Shown here one piece after another: positions 1 to 15,794 of a stretch of 64,000 nucleotides of DNA. Each line of letters starts with the position of its first letter. Position 1 is the first letter of the stretch. Below the pieces are notes generated by a model. That model was not told the DNA's origin. It did not search any database and saw only the letters and a list, made by a program, of their open reading frames with translations. Source of the stretch: Octopus vulgaris. Lineage: Eukaryota. The stretch is from positions 8,804,001 to 8,868,000 of the forward strand of contig OX597843.1 in the NCBI GenBank assembly GCA_951406725.2, written 5' to 3'. The position numbers were made by a program, and so were the translations under genes.

Positions 1-429
1 TATAATATTAATGATAAATATATCAAAGATTTTGTCATTATTATTATTATTATTATTATTATTTTTATTTTTATTTTTATTTTTATTCTTATTTTTATTA
101 GCTGGTATTGATGCTATATATATATTCGGTGCTGTTGGTTTATGAATAAAGAACGTTATGAGAACTTCAGGAAATCATAATTATCTCTCATAGTCATCGT
201 CGTCATCATCGTCATCATCATCATCATCATCATGATCATCATCACGGTCGTCGTCGTCGTCATCATGATCATTATCGTCATCATCATCACGGTCGTCGTC
301 GTCGTCATCATCAGCATTAACATCACCATCATTACCATCATCGCGAGCAAAATTATCAGTATCAACACTACGACACGCATACACATTCACTCGCTCACGC
401 ACACACACACACACACAAACACCCACATA

Positions 430-544
<115 letters not shown>

Positions 545-755
545 TATATATATATAAATGGATGAATGAATTATCCTTTGTTTACCGTTAGCATGGAAAA
601 TTCAATAAATAGTTACCAGGATAGAAAATTCACTCAAGTAACACGGATGAATTTTACACCGTTTATTCATTTGGAATAAAACCAATGTTGTCTTCGAAAC
701 ATATGTCGAAAGTAAAAGAATTTGAATAACATCTTCGTTCAACTCCATTTATTTA

Positions 756-801
<46 letters not shown>

Positions 802-972
802 TATTATATATTATATATTATATATTATATACTGAACTCCACAGAAGTTCCCAACGCTAAAGGTCATAGTTACATACCGAAATCTACCGGTAAATAAGTG
901 TTGGTTGTCTGAAAAACCATCCAAAAATTATTTACCCTTATTATCATATATGTATATATATATATATATATG

Positions 973-1008
<36 letters not shown>

Positions 1009-1293
1009 AGTACACACACCCGCACACACATACATATATATATATGTGTGTGTATGTATTGCGCCTCATGATTTATGGTTGAGTTTTCTCTACGTATGAA
1101 ACTATGAGTGGCGCTTTAATACTTGTATTGTGTCCTTTAAATAAATAACATTTATCTCAGATCAGATGGAGTCTTTCTTTGCTCTTCAACAGAAAGGATT
1201 AGGAGGGGGAAAACGGTGAAGGAATGAAAAAAAGAAAACGGAGAGAGAAAAAGAGTGTAGCGATTAACGGTTTAACATATTATACATAAATAT

Positions 1294-1411
<118 letters not shown>

Positions 1412-1468
1412 GAGAGAGAGAGAGAGCGATTGATAGATAGATATGTAAATTTTATATATATAAATATA

Positions 1469-1505
<37 letters not shown>

Positions 1506-1608
1506 GTCCTTCAGTTTTTCTGAGCCCTCTAAAAGAACTTAGAAGATCGGGCCTTCAGCCAGCCCTTTCACGATACCCTTATGACAGGAACTTTTCATCA
1601 ACCCGTCG

Positions 1609-1657
<49 letters not shown>

Positions 1658-1751
1658 GGGGGGAGCGAGAGAGACAAAAAAGAAGGAAAGAGAGAGAAAA
1701 TGGGAGAGAGAAAAGTAGGGAAAAAGAGAAAGAGAGAGATAGATGGATACA

Positions 1752-1812
<61 letters not shown>

Positions 1813-2107
1813 AATGCATACAAACATACATGATGTGTGTGAGTGTATGTGTGTGTATTTGTTGCGCAACGCTGGACACTTGACATTTGCTTGCTTACCT
1901 CCCAGTAACCTAGCGGTTCGGCAAAAGGAAATTGAAAGATTAAAAAAAAAAGGCAAGAGCGACGTGTTGATGGTGGGGGATGCTAATGTTGATAATGTTG
2001 ATGAAAGCTTGCGATGGTTAAAATGGAGGTGTGTCAATGGCAATATTGACGATGGTGATGATGATGATAATGATGACGACGACGATGATGATGGTGGTGG
2101 TGGTGGC

Positions 2108-2146
<39 letters not shown>

Positions 2147-3925
2147 CTCTATGTAGGCGATGACGTAACTTGATCATGATTGCGATGGTAGTGGTGGTGG
2201 AGGTGGTGGTAAAATCAATTTTCGTCACTGAGGGGGTAGGGTAGTTATGGTGGTGGTAGTGGTGGTGGTGGTGGTGTGGTGGTGGTGGTGGTGGTGGTGG
2301 TGGTGGTGGTGGTGGTGGTGGTGGTGGTGGTGGTGGTATTAATATTGGTAGCGGAAGGGGGTTAGGTTGGTGATGGCGGTTTGTAACGAAAATTAAGTTG
2401 ATAGCAACGTTATATGATGGAGAGGGTGGGGCTGACGATAACTGGGATATCGAACACTAGCGCCGCCACTACTATCACCACTACCACTACCACCACCTCC
2501 ACTACCATCAGCTACAACCGTCACCACCATCGCAATCACCACCACCATCACCACTATCAACTCCACCACTACCACCACCAACAACACTACTACCACCACC
2601 ACCACCACTACCACCACCACCATCACCACTACCACCTGCATCACTACCACCACCAACAACACTACTACCACCACCACCACAACCACTACCACCAACAACA
2701 ACACTACTACCACCACCACCAACAACAAGAACACTACTACCACCCCTCCACTACCACCCCTCCACCACCACCACTACCACCATCAAAAACACTACTACCA
2801 CCCCTCCACCACCACCACTACCACCATCAAAAACACTACTACCACCCCTCCACCACCACCACCAACACTATCACTACTACTACTACTATTACTACAACGA
2901 CCACCATCATCATCATCCATCACCATCACCCCTACCCACACCGCCACCTGTACCACCATCCATCATCCATCACCACCACCACCAACTACCACCCATCCAC
3001 CATCGCAATCACTATCACAAACCTCCTCACACACACCACAACCCACCAAACCACCAGCCCTAATTACTACCACTACTACTACTACTACAACTACTACTAC
3101 TACTACTGCTACTACTACTACTACTACTACTACTACTCCGTTAATTGCCAAATCATCTAAATTCGGCTTTCCGGCCCTCTATGGATCCAATGAAGATTGA
3201 TTACGTCACTCGAGGAGCATCGCCATGCCACCTCTCCACACTTACATACCATCGACAAACCACTACCTGCATTACCGCCACCATCTGCACTATCATCGCT
3301 ACCACTACCGCCACTAGTGCCAGTACCATCTCCACGAAAACGGTAGCATCATCAACAACCACAGCTCCCACCAACACCGTCACCACCACCACTACCAACA
3401 CCACGGTAACCACCATCACCATTATCGCAACCACTACTGCTACCTCACCAAAACCACCACCATCACCACCACCACAGCCATAACCACCGTCGCACTACCA
3501 CTGCCACCACCGCCACCTCACCAAAACCACTACCACCACAACCATCATCATCATCACTACCACAATCAACACCACCACCACAACCACAACCATCATCATC
3601 ATTGTCGTCGTCGTCATCATCATCATCATCATCTACATCATCATCATCATCATCATCATCATCTTCATCATTATCATCATCATCATCTACATCATCTAGA
3701 GAAAAACCTCTAGAAAGATGTTATTCACACAATATAGAAAATATATAGACTACACGCGTTTCGTGGATATATTTTCAAAAAGATGGTAATAATAAAATCA
3801 ATTCGATTTATATGTATATATATATATATATATATACATATATATGCATATATATATACATAAATGTATGTATATATATATATACATATAAACATACATA
3901 TATATACATATATATATATACATAA

Positions 3926-3970
<45 letters not shown>

Positions 3971-4254
3971 CATATCACTATGTATATATATAGACTTTTT
4001 AAAAATTACTTGATTATTTCTTTCGTAAATGGCTCTACCCTCCTGATCTTAGTATTTATAAGGACCTTTATATAAATAACCTTTCTAAATAAGTACCAAT
4101 GAGAAAATATAAATTTCATGTAGGGTGTAATAATAACAACTTCTTAAACCTATAATATAACCCTTAATTTTACAAAAAGATAAGTTGAAAGTAGAATTGT
4201 TCCATAACTTAATTGTTCCTTTAGCCGATACCAAACATCAGACTTTTATAGATA

Positions 4255-4628
4255 TCTCTCTATATATAAACGGCAGTTTGTCTGTGTGTGTTTCTGTGTG
4301 TCTGTTAGGTTGTACCCTCACCCTGACCACGGCTTTCAACCGATTCTGATGAAACTTGACACACACATAGCCCAATGTCATAATTCAAAACTAACGCAGC
4401 GAAAACTTTGAAAAGTTCCCCTAGTTCTGAAAAAAATCGATAAATTCGACATGGGGTCGAGAATCAGAAACACAAACCACAGACTGTCTAGGGGACGCAA
4501 CTCGACCTTTTTAACTAAAAAAAAAATTTACCATAATTTTTTTTTTCCATTTTTTGGCTATAACTCTCTAAAAATGCTTTATAGTTATTTACCTTACAAA
4601 CCCGAGCAACACCGGGCGATACTGCTAG
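4255..4628 (+). mobile_element. Non-autonomous Helitron (complete)
   Basis: Starts A|TCTCTCTATATATAAA, has an internal (CTGT/GTGT) tract, a subterminal hairpin CCCG-agcaacac-CGGG (4601-4616), and ends CTAG|T at 4625-4628. No TSD. These are canonical Helitron termini. Confidence 0.85.
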
Positions 4629-4852
4629 TTATTATTAACAAGTACATATTATTTTTAGTTTAATATATTTTGAATTGTTAAACTTTTTTCTAAAAATCTT
4701 CTCTATTGGTGTTAACACGCTAAATATACTTAACCATAGTAGTAGTAATTAAACCATTTTACCCCTTTTCTATGATGTTCTGTCCTTGATTATTTTATTT
4801 TATTTTATTTTATTTTATTTTCAAAATTAGCCTTTATTTATTTATTTATTTA

Positions 4853-5082
4853 TTTACTCTTTTACTCTTTTACTTGTTTCAGTCATTTGACTGCGCGGCC
4901 ATGCTGGAGCACCGCCTTTAGTCGAGCAAATCGACCCCGGGACTTATTCTTTGTAAGCCTAGTACTTATTCTATCGGTCTCTTTTTGCCGAAGCGCTAAG
5001 TGACGGGGACGTAAACACACCAGCATCGGTTGTCAAGCGATGTTGGGTTGGGGGACAAACACAGTCACACACATACACATAC

Positions 5083-5160
<78 letters not shown>

Positions 5161-5498
5161 GACGGGCTTCTTTCAGTTTCCGTCTACCAAATCCACCCAC
5201 AAGGCTTTGGTCGGCCAGAGGCTATAGTAGAAGACACATGCCCAAGATGCTACGCAGTGGGACTGAACCCGGAACCATGTGGTTGGTAAGCAAGCTACTT
5301 ACCACACAGCCACTCCTACGCCTATACATATGTACGATGGGCTTCTTTAAGTTTCCGTCTACCAAATCCACCCACAAGGCTTTGGTCGGCCCGAGGCTAT
5401 AGTAGAAGACACTTGCCCAAGATGCCACGCAGTGGGACTGAACCCGGAACTATGTGGCTGGTAAGCAAGCTGCTTACCACACAGCCACTCCTGCGCCT
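4853..5498 (-). mobile_element. Dominant tRNA-derived SINE (group A) with internal (TA)n, plus a tandem extra head at 5334-5498
   Basis: Head with A/B-box-like GAGTGGCTGTGTGG...GGTTCAGTCCC, CCTTGGGCAAG motif, and tail CAGCATGGCCGC...TGACTGAAACAAG(TAAAAGAG)n. Many copies in the window. Confidence 0.9.
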
Positions 5499-5864
5499 AT
5501 TTAAAAATAATTTCCAAGTCTTGTATCTCTATAAATTTCAAACTCAGCTTATATAAAGCTATGCTAATATATTCACTACTTATAATTTTAAAAAATCTTC
5601 TAAGACTAAATTTTTGTATATAATTAGCATGTTCCTTTACCTCAATACTCCTTCATTAATACCAGTAAATATCATTTAATCAATAATCACAGATATCTGA
5701 TAAGTGTATAAATATTAAACTATCTCTATATTTTCTTTTCTTCCCTCTATTGTGGTAAAAGTTTGATATATACTAAAAAGTATTCATAAATATTCTTCTT
5801 AATAATCTTTTGAATAACCATAGACTTTATCTGTATACAATATAGCAGCTTTGCTTTATGGTAA

Positions 5865-6235
5865 GTGGAGGCGCAATGGCCCAGTGGTTAGGGCAGCGGA
5901 CTCGCGGTCGTAGGATCGCGGTTTCGATTCCCAGACCGGGCGTTATGAGTGTTTATTGAGCAAAAACACCTAAAAGCTCCATGAGGCTCCGGCAGGGGAT
6001 GGTGGTGATCCCTGCTGTACTCTTTCACCACAACTTTCTCTCACTCTTACTTCTTGTTTCTGTTGTACCTGTATTTCAAGGGGCCGGCCTTGTCACTCTC
6101 TGTGTCACCCTGAATATCCCTGAGAACTACGTTAAGGGTGCACGTGTCTGTGGAGTTAATTTCACGAGCAGGCTGTTCCGTTGATTCGGATCAACCGGAA
6201 CCCTCATCGTCGTAACCGACGGAGTGCTCCCCCCC
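5865..6235 (+). mobile_element. tRNA-derived SINE (group B1, OR1-like)
   Basis: tRNA head GGCCCAGTGGTTAGGGCAGCGGACTCGCGG...GGTTTCGATTCCC. TSD TTATGGTAA at 5856-5864 and 6236-6244. Near-identical copy at 25733-26095 (-). Family name from recall. Confidence 0.88.
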
Positions 6236-6377
6236 TTATGGTAATAAACTGTAGTACTATATGATAAGACTTCCCTTGTCCCATTAGCAATGGTCAGCTA
6301 GTGGGCGATCCCTTAATTATCAGCTAACATCTTGGTTAAAGTTATCTCTCACTAAACCTCATGACATTGCTTCAAAT

Positions 6378-6685
6378 GTTTTGTTTGTTCCTTTTTCGAG
6401 CCATGCCTGGCTCATAAGGGCCGGTTTACCGGTTTCATGGCGTATAGGTCCCCCATCAGGACATGACGCCAGTCCGTCGCAGGTGAGCTGCAAGATGCAG
6501 GAGGAAAGAGTGAGAGAAAGTTGTGGCGAAAGAGTCAACAGGAGTTTCGCCATTACCTTCTGTCGGAGCCGCGTGGAACTTAGGTGCTTCACTCATAAAC
6601 ACACACATCACCAGATCTGAGATTCGAACCCACGATCCCTCAACCGCGAGTCCTCTGCTCTAACCACTAGGCCATGTGCCTCCAC
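6378..6685 (-). mobile_element. tRNA-derived SINE (group B2, V-domain-like body)
   Basis: Head related to B1. Body CCTGCGACGGACTGGCGTC resembles the V-SINE domain. TSD ATTGCTTC at 6366-6373 and 6688-6695. Confidence 0.85.
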
Positions 6686-6997
6686 ATATTGCTTCTAATA
6701 AATCTTGATTTTTATGACTATACTATTTAGAATGTCTGTCTGCTCCACCAACTCTACCCCAAACAGATACTACCCTGTTTTCCATCAGTCTTAAATATAC
6801 AAAGGATTTGATAAACTAGTCTATAAATTAAAACTGACCCCGTAAAAAAACAAAATAACAGAGAAATCAGTGACAGGTAGTCTCTTGAAAAAAATTTCAG
6901 TTACAACTATGATGATGTTGGTAAGACATGTTCTTTGCCTATCTCCTTAACTCCTTGGGGATTTTAGGTAAAATTACACTGATGTGTAATTACATAT

Positions 6998-7179
6998 AGG
7001 CGCAGGAGTGGGTGTGTGGTACGTAGCTTGCTTACCAACCACATGGTTCCAGGTTCAGTCCCACTGCATGGCACCTTGGGCAAGTGTTTTCTACTATAGC
7101 CCCGGGCTGACCAAAGCCTTGTGAGTGGATTTGTTAGATGGAAACTGAAAGAAGCCTGTCGTATATATGTATATATATC

Positions 7180-7222
<43 letters not shown>

Positions 7223-7429
7223 TTGTGTGTCTGTGTTTGTCCTCCCAACATCACTTGACAACCGATGCTGGTGTGTTTACGTCCCCGTCACTTAGCAGTT
7301 CGGCAAAAGAGACCGATAGAATAAGTACAGGGCTTACAAAAAAGAATAAGTCCCGGGGTCGAGTTGCTCGACTAAAGACGGTGCTCCAGCATGGCCGCAG
7401 TCAAATGACTGAAACAAGTAAAAGAGTAA
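6998..7429 (+). mobile_element. Group A SINE, full length
   Basis: Head, internal (TA)n(TG)n, body and GACTGAAACAAGTAAAAGAG tail. Confidence 0.9.
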
Positions 7430-7704
7430 ATATTTTAATGCTTGGTACTTAATTTGGCGGTTTCGTAGCGACAAATTCGGACACAAACACTCACGTATTT
7501 CAAACAATATCTGTAAAACGCTCCAGATTTACAGAATTCAGCTAAGAGATTTGTAAACAGTAACAACACTTCTATAAGGCAATGGCATTAATATTTGTAT
7601 AACATAAAGGACAGCACAGCAATAGCAGATTAAAATGTGGAAGGTTTTTCTGCCGCAGCTTATACTCGCGTATCCTAGGAAGCAAATTTAACCAGCATGC
7701 ACAC

Positions 7705-7822
7705 GCATACATGCATACATACATACATACATACATACATACATACATACATACATACATACATACATACATACATACATACATACATACATACATACAT
7801 ACATACATACATACATAAATAC

Positions 7823-7853
<31 letters not shown>

Positions 7854-7899
7854 AATACATACATACATAAATACATACATACATACATACATACATACA

Positions 7900-7933
<34 letters not shown>

Positions 7934-7999
7934 AATACTTACATACATACATACAAACTTACATACATACATGCATGTATGCATGGATGCAAGCATGGA

Positions 8000-8030
<31 letters not shown>
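7705..8030. repeat. (CATA)n microsatellite
   Basis: Long tetranucleotide tract. Similar tracts at 13365-13650, 14810-14910, 29205-29345 and 37020-37300. Confidence 0.95.
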
Positions 8031-8737
8031 GCAAAAACCTACACATAAATTATCCAACACACACAACCACACACACACACACACATACACACACACTTAA
8101 AGACATGCATGTGCAATATAAACACACACACACAAATACACACACACAACCGCACACATACACACACACACTTAAAGACATGCACATGTAATATAATCAC
8201 ACACACAAATACACACACACACACGCACACACAACATTCAAAATGACAATCCTATTTAACAAATAAACTTCTACGATCACATGTCATCAACTGGAAATAT
8301 AAACGATACAAACGTAGCGAAAAACATTCAAACACATAAAATCCGTAATAGACAAACACGTAAAAATACCTGCACACTTACACATTCTGAGAAACACCAT
8401 ATCAAAATTTCAGTATCAATTATCTGCCCCTTTTTTTCACGCCTTCCTCTTTTAAACAATTTGCTTTGAGCACATTAGCATTATAGCTTGTTTTTTCTTT
8501 TTCCAGTCTTATTAGAGATCATGACTGTGATTGAGTAGATTGTGTTTCGGTGGGTGTATATATATTTGATGTGCCTCTACATGTATGTAATTATGAGTAT
8601 ATATATGCATGTGTAACAATACTGCACTTGTGTGTAGTGGGTACAGGAGGTGTACATGTCGGTGTATGGGTCTCTATGTATATTACATGTATATATGTAT
8701 ATACATATATATCCATCTCAGCGTGTATATATGTATC

Positions 8738-8780
<43 letters not shown>

Positions 8781-8797
8781 TTATAAATATATATATA

Positions 8798-8840
<43 letters not shown>

Positions 8841-8904
8841 TATAGTTATATAAACATGTATATATATATATATATATATATATTTGAATATTTATAGTTA
8901 TCTA

Positions 8905-8968
<64 letters not shown>

Positions 8969-9373
8969 TACATACATACATGTATATACACGTATATAAA
9001 CTTGTATGTCTATAAATTTAAACATTTATAGCTATACATATACACACAGCCAGATACTCCAGCGTACACATACTTCACACGTACCTCACATCGGCTCCCC
9101 CATCCCCCCACCCACCCCAAAAAACACAAACGACATCAACCTTCACCAACGTGTACCGAACCACTCAACATCTATTTATTTCGAACTTATATAAATTGCC
9201 ACACCATCGACGTCTCCTGCACCGCGCACCAACACCGCCGACACCTACCAGTAATTGTAAAAACAACGACAATAATTAATGTGTAAGAGCAACCAATACG
9301 GCGAATCATGAAGGAATATAAATAAGCGAAGGCAAGCGATGAATATGCTCATATATATATATATACATATACG

Positions 9374-9405
<32 letters not shown>

Positions 9406-9611
9406 GATATATATACACACACACAAATATAAACTTACATATTCATACACATATATCCATGTATACATATATGTATATACATATATACATATGTATATAT
9501 ATATATGTACATATATACACATATATATATACATATATATATATATATACGTATGTAATGTATGTATATTTATGTGTCGCTACTGTGCATTTCTCATTCG
9601 CACACAATTTC

Positions 9612-9659
<48 letters not shown>

Positions 9660-9718
9660 GTATGTATATGAATATGTTTATATCTGTTTGTATATATATA
9701 ATTACATGTATATATATA

Positions 9719-9757
<39 letters not shown>

Positions 9758-9897
9758 GTGAGTATATATATTTATATACATACATGTAACTATAGCAAGT
9801 TTATTTTTAAAATTAAACGTAGATGCACTAAATAAATAAATATTCTTTTATTTATATTTATTTAATACACATATACATATATCTCCATAAGTTTATA

Positions 9898-9950
<53 letters not shown>

Positions 9951-9951
9951 G

Positions 9952-9991
<40 letters not shown>

Positions 9992-10059
9992 CATATATAT
10001 ATACACAGAGACAAACACACCCGCACGCACACACAAATACAAACAGACAGATCTGTTTT

Positions 10060-10310
10060 GATTTATCTAACTATTTCTTTGTCTTTCCCGTTTCACGTTT
10101 TATTTTCAGCCACGCAAACAATGGTGCGTCGATGCGCGCATGCGTAGTGGTAGTTCCGCGCTTCCGGTGATGGAATTTACACAGGAAACGTTTCCCCGCC
10201 ATCTAATTTTCTGCTTCGGTTTTCTGACAAACTGCCAGCATCATTTCGGTTTTTCAAACTTCTGTTTTAAAAGTTTACAGAGCAAGTGGGAAGCGCTGTT
10301 GTGTATACAT
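10060..10310. promoter_or_regulatory. CpG-rich unique island with NRF1-like and ETS-like motifs
   Basis: GCGCATGCG at 10136-10144 and CTTCCGG at 10161-10167, with dense CpG in an AT-rich context. Confidence 0.45.
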
Positions 10311-10316
10311 ACCACA

Positions 10317-10372
<56 letters not shown>

Positions 10373-10727
10373 GCATGTATGTGTGTGTGTGCATTTATTT
10401 ATTTTTAAATATGTTTTAATAGTATTAATAATAATAATTTTGATGACGATGGTGATCTTAATAATAACAGTGAAAAGTAATGATGGCGGTGATGATGCTG
10501 GTGATGATGATGATTGAAATAGTATTAACAGCATTGATGACAATGATATCGATACTAATGTTAACAATAACAATAACATCAGCAACAACAACGAAAATAA
10601 TAATAATAGTAATAATGATAATAATAATAATAATAATAATTAATTATTATTATTATTATTATAATTATAATTATAATAATAATAGTAATAATAATAATAA
10701 TTATTATTATTATTATTATTATTATTA

Positions 10728-10774
<47 letters not shown>

Positions 10775-11082
10775 ATGATAACAATAATAATAATAATTAT
10801 AATTATAATAATAATAAGAAGAAGATGAAGAAGAAGAATGATGAAGATGATGATGATGATGATGATGATAATAATAATAATGATAACAATAATAATAATA
10901 ATTATAATTATAATAATAATAATGATAATAATGATGATGATGATGATGATAATAATAATAATAATGATAATAATAATAATAATTATAATTATAATAATAA
11001 TAATGATAATAATAATGATAATAATAATAATGATGATGATGATGATGATGATGATGATAATAATAATAATAATAATAATAAT

Positions 11083-11922
<840 letters not shown>

Positions 11923-12112
11923 GAAGAATACTTTGAAGGCGATAAACGTGTAAACAAATAAAACTAAGTGAATAAAATAATATTGCGAAATTCCAATTTA
12001 TTTTGGTTACCCCGCTGAAAACACTGGAGTTACTTACTCATCTCTTTTCAGCTCACAGTAATCCTAGCAATCAGCAACAGTGCAGCCTGAGTCGAGTGCC
12101 AATGCAACATTC

Positions 12113-12161
<49 letters not shown>

Positions 12162-12176
12162 TGTATTTATATATCT

Positions 12177-12699
12177 AGGTATTTTTTGATATGCTGGCCA
12201 TCGATAAAAAATTTTTCCCGAAAAAAATTTTTCCTACATTAGTTATTAATTGAATAGTGTTCACTTCCGGATTCTCTCATTCTGTGAAAGTTTCTAGTTC
12301 GAATCACACGTATCTCGAGATATGCCGAAGATTTTTCTATTTTGGATATATTTGGTGCGGGACTTGGTGCGTGCTTTTTCCATGGGTTTGAGTAAGTATT
12401 TCACTTATATCTCGCGTATTTGCCGCTGAAGAGGGGAAAAATTCTTACGAATTAACCCCGAAATTGGTCCAATACGGTAATAACGAATTTTTTAGAAATT
12501 TCTATCGGTTTGTTTCGAGACTCATAAATTATAATGGTTATTGACAATTTTTGTCTTTTTTTCGGCATATTTGGCATTAGAATTTTTCTTTTGCCCGTAT
12601 CTTGTAAATTATTTATAAATTTAACCGTTAAAGGTATTTTTTGATATGCTGGCCATTGATAAAACTTTTTTGGCCGAAAAAAATGTTATCCTACATTAG

Positions 12700-12702
<3 letters not shown>
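12177..12702. repeat. ~455-bp unit with ~70-bp direct terminal repeat
   Basis: AGGTATTTTTTGATATGCTGGCCAT...CCTACATTAGTTA at 12177-12245 and 12632-12702. Confidence 0.75.
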
Positions 12703-12782
<80 letters not shown>

Positions 12783-12785
<3 letters not shown>

Positions 12786-13081
12786 CTTTTCGAGCCATGC
12801 CTGGCTCATGAGGGCCGGTTTCCCGGTTTCTTTGGTCTATAGGTTCCCCACCTGGGCGGGACGCCGGCCCGTCGCAGGTGAGCTGCAAGATGCAGGAGGA
12901 AAGAGTGAGAGAAAAGTTGTCGCGAAAGAGTCAGCAGAAGTTCGCCATTACGTTCTCCCGGAGCCGCGTTGAGCTTAGGTGTTTTCGCTCATAAACACAC
13001 ACATCGCCCGGTCTGAGATTTGAACCTGCGATCCCTCGACCGAGAGTCCAAGGCTCTAACCACTAAGCCATGTGCCTCCAC
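12783..13081 (-). mobile_element. Group B2 SINE
   Basis: Close match to 6378-6685. Confidence 0.88.
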
Positions 13082-13112
13082 GCACACACACACGCACACA
13101 CACACACACACA

Positions 13113-13152
<40 letters not shown>

Positions 13153-13386
13153 GGAATTGTTTGTTAATTTCGAAAACATTATACAAAATATCGGAATGAA
13201 CGAAACTTTTAGAAACAAATTTTCGCAACGTGTTACGCGCTTTCGCTGTTTACAGCTTCTCATACACAAACAAACGTATACGTGCTTGTATGGTTGTATA
13301 CTTGCATTTCATGATACGCAGCTACACAAACTCGTATATGCACAAACATACACACACACCCACTCATACATACATACATACATACA

Positions 13387-13420
<34 letters not shown>

Positions 13421-13699
13421 ACATACATACATACATACATAACATACATACATATATACATGCATGCATACATACATACATACATACATACATACATACA
13501 TACATGCATACATACATATATACACATATACATACACACACATACATACATGCATACATACATACATACACACACACATACATACATGCATACATACATA
13601 CATACATTCATACATGCATACATACATACACTTACATACATACATATATATGTATGTATAAATATATATATTTATATATATATCTATATATCACATATA

Positions 13700-13747
<48 letters not shown>

Positions 13748-14245
13748 CATGTATATACACATAGCACACACACACACACATATATATATATACATATATA
13801 TTTAAGTGATTGTGTAGGTATCGACATATATGTATGTATACATACATATACATTTATATATATGAACACCTCTATGTGTGTGTGTGTGAGTGTGTGTATA
13901 TACACATAAATGTATATAGATAGGTAGGTAACGTGTGCGCGTGTGTTTCGCTCTGATTGATTGTTTGTTAATGTTGTTTGATTGTTTTATCATATATTTG
14001 TTATTGTTGTTGTTGTTGTTGTAGTCGTTGTCCCCGTCGTCGTCGTCGTCGTCGTCGTTTCTTTCGTCATTGTAGCGGTTGTTACTTTTTCTGGTTTATT
14101 GTGATTCTGGTACGTTCTATTGTCTGTGAAAATTTCGTCAAAGATTTGTCGTTGTCGTCGAGTTTTGAAAAATATAGGATTTTTAAAGAATCAAAAAAGA
14201 AAATATTTCAAAAAAAAAAAACAGCAAAATTAATAAAAAAAAAAG

Positions 14246-14289
<44 letters not shown>

Positions 14290-14483
14290 CGAAAAAACAA
14301 AGCAAAGCAAAAAAGAAATAAAAAGAACTGCAATACGGAAATTTCATAAAGTTGAAAAATTACAATGGCCGATAGCTCCTCTTTGAAGTAATGTAACAAA
14401 CGCGCAACTTTTTGTTGGTAAACATTTTCAGAATAATGGCGGTAGAAGCAGCAACAGCAGCAGCAGCAGCCGTAGTAGTAGTT

Positions 14484-14525
<42 letters not shown>

Positions 14526-14721
14526 ATGATGGTGGCGGTGAGGATGTTGCAGAGGTGGTTGTGACTGCGATGACAGTGGCTGCAGTAGTAATAGTAGTAT
14601 TGATTATGATGGTGGTGGTGGTGGTTGGGATAACTGTAAATGTAGTAGTAGTAGTAGTAGTAGTAGTAGTGATGGTGATGTGGTGTTGGTAGCAGTAGCG
14701 ACGTTTTCGGCAGAGGGAGTG

Positions 14722-14767
<46 letters not shown>

Positions 14768-14770
14768 ATA

Positions 14771-14810
<40 letters not shown>

Positions 14811-14833
14811 ATACATACATATACATACATACA

Positions 14834-14867
<34 letters not shown>

Positions 14868-14979
14868 CATACATACATACATACATACATACATACATAC
14901 ATACATACAAGTGCTGTATGAAACCTTTTTGAAAACAATTTGTAAATAGTTGAAATAAGTCAACGCGATTCGAACTGGC

Positions 14980-15191
<212 letters not shown>

Positions 15192-15551
15192 CGATGACGT
15201 TGAGACGAAGGTGATGTCAGCGATGATGACGGTGGTGATGGTGCAACTTTTTACTACTACTACTACTACTACTATAATTTACTCTTCTACTAGTACTACT
15301 ACTAATCATTAGGACAATTGGTGGTGGTGGTGGTGGTGGTGGTGGTGGTGGTGGTGGTGGTGGTGGTGGTGGTCGTGGAGGTGGTGGTGGTGGTGGTGGT
15401 GGTGGTGGTGGTGGTGGTGGTGGTGGTGGTGGTGGTGGTGGTGGATGGCGACGACGATGCGGTTGTTCTCTTTTGTTGATAGTGATACTGCATTACTTAT
15501 AACAAAAACCAGAACAACAATAACAACAACAACAGCAGCAACAACAACAGC

Positions 15552-15597
<46 letters not shown>

Positions 15598-15617
15598 TGG
15601 AGAAGAAGAAGAAGAAG

Positions 15618-15649
<32 letters not shown>

Positions 15650-15763
15650 GAAGAAGAAGAAGATAAGGTTAAGAATGAAGATGATTTTAAATGATACTAA
15701 TAGTGATAATCATATTAATAACAACCACAACAACAATAGCAACAACACTGATAATAATAATAA

Positions 15764-15794
<31 letters not shown>

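Noticed and set aside
2414-3483. His/Thr/Pro-rich ORFs resembling mucin or extensin
   Set aside because: Degenerate (CAC/CCA/CTA)n mosaic open in several frames; no signal peptide or exon boundaries.
4345-4356. CTGATGAAAC as a hammerhead core
   Set aside because: No stem II between the boxes; it is a common internal Helitron motif.
5865-5940. tRNA gene (Arg-like)
   Set aside because: It is the head of a SINE with body and TSD, with no proper acceptor stem. The same applies to the other SINE heads.
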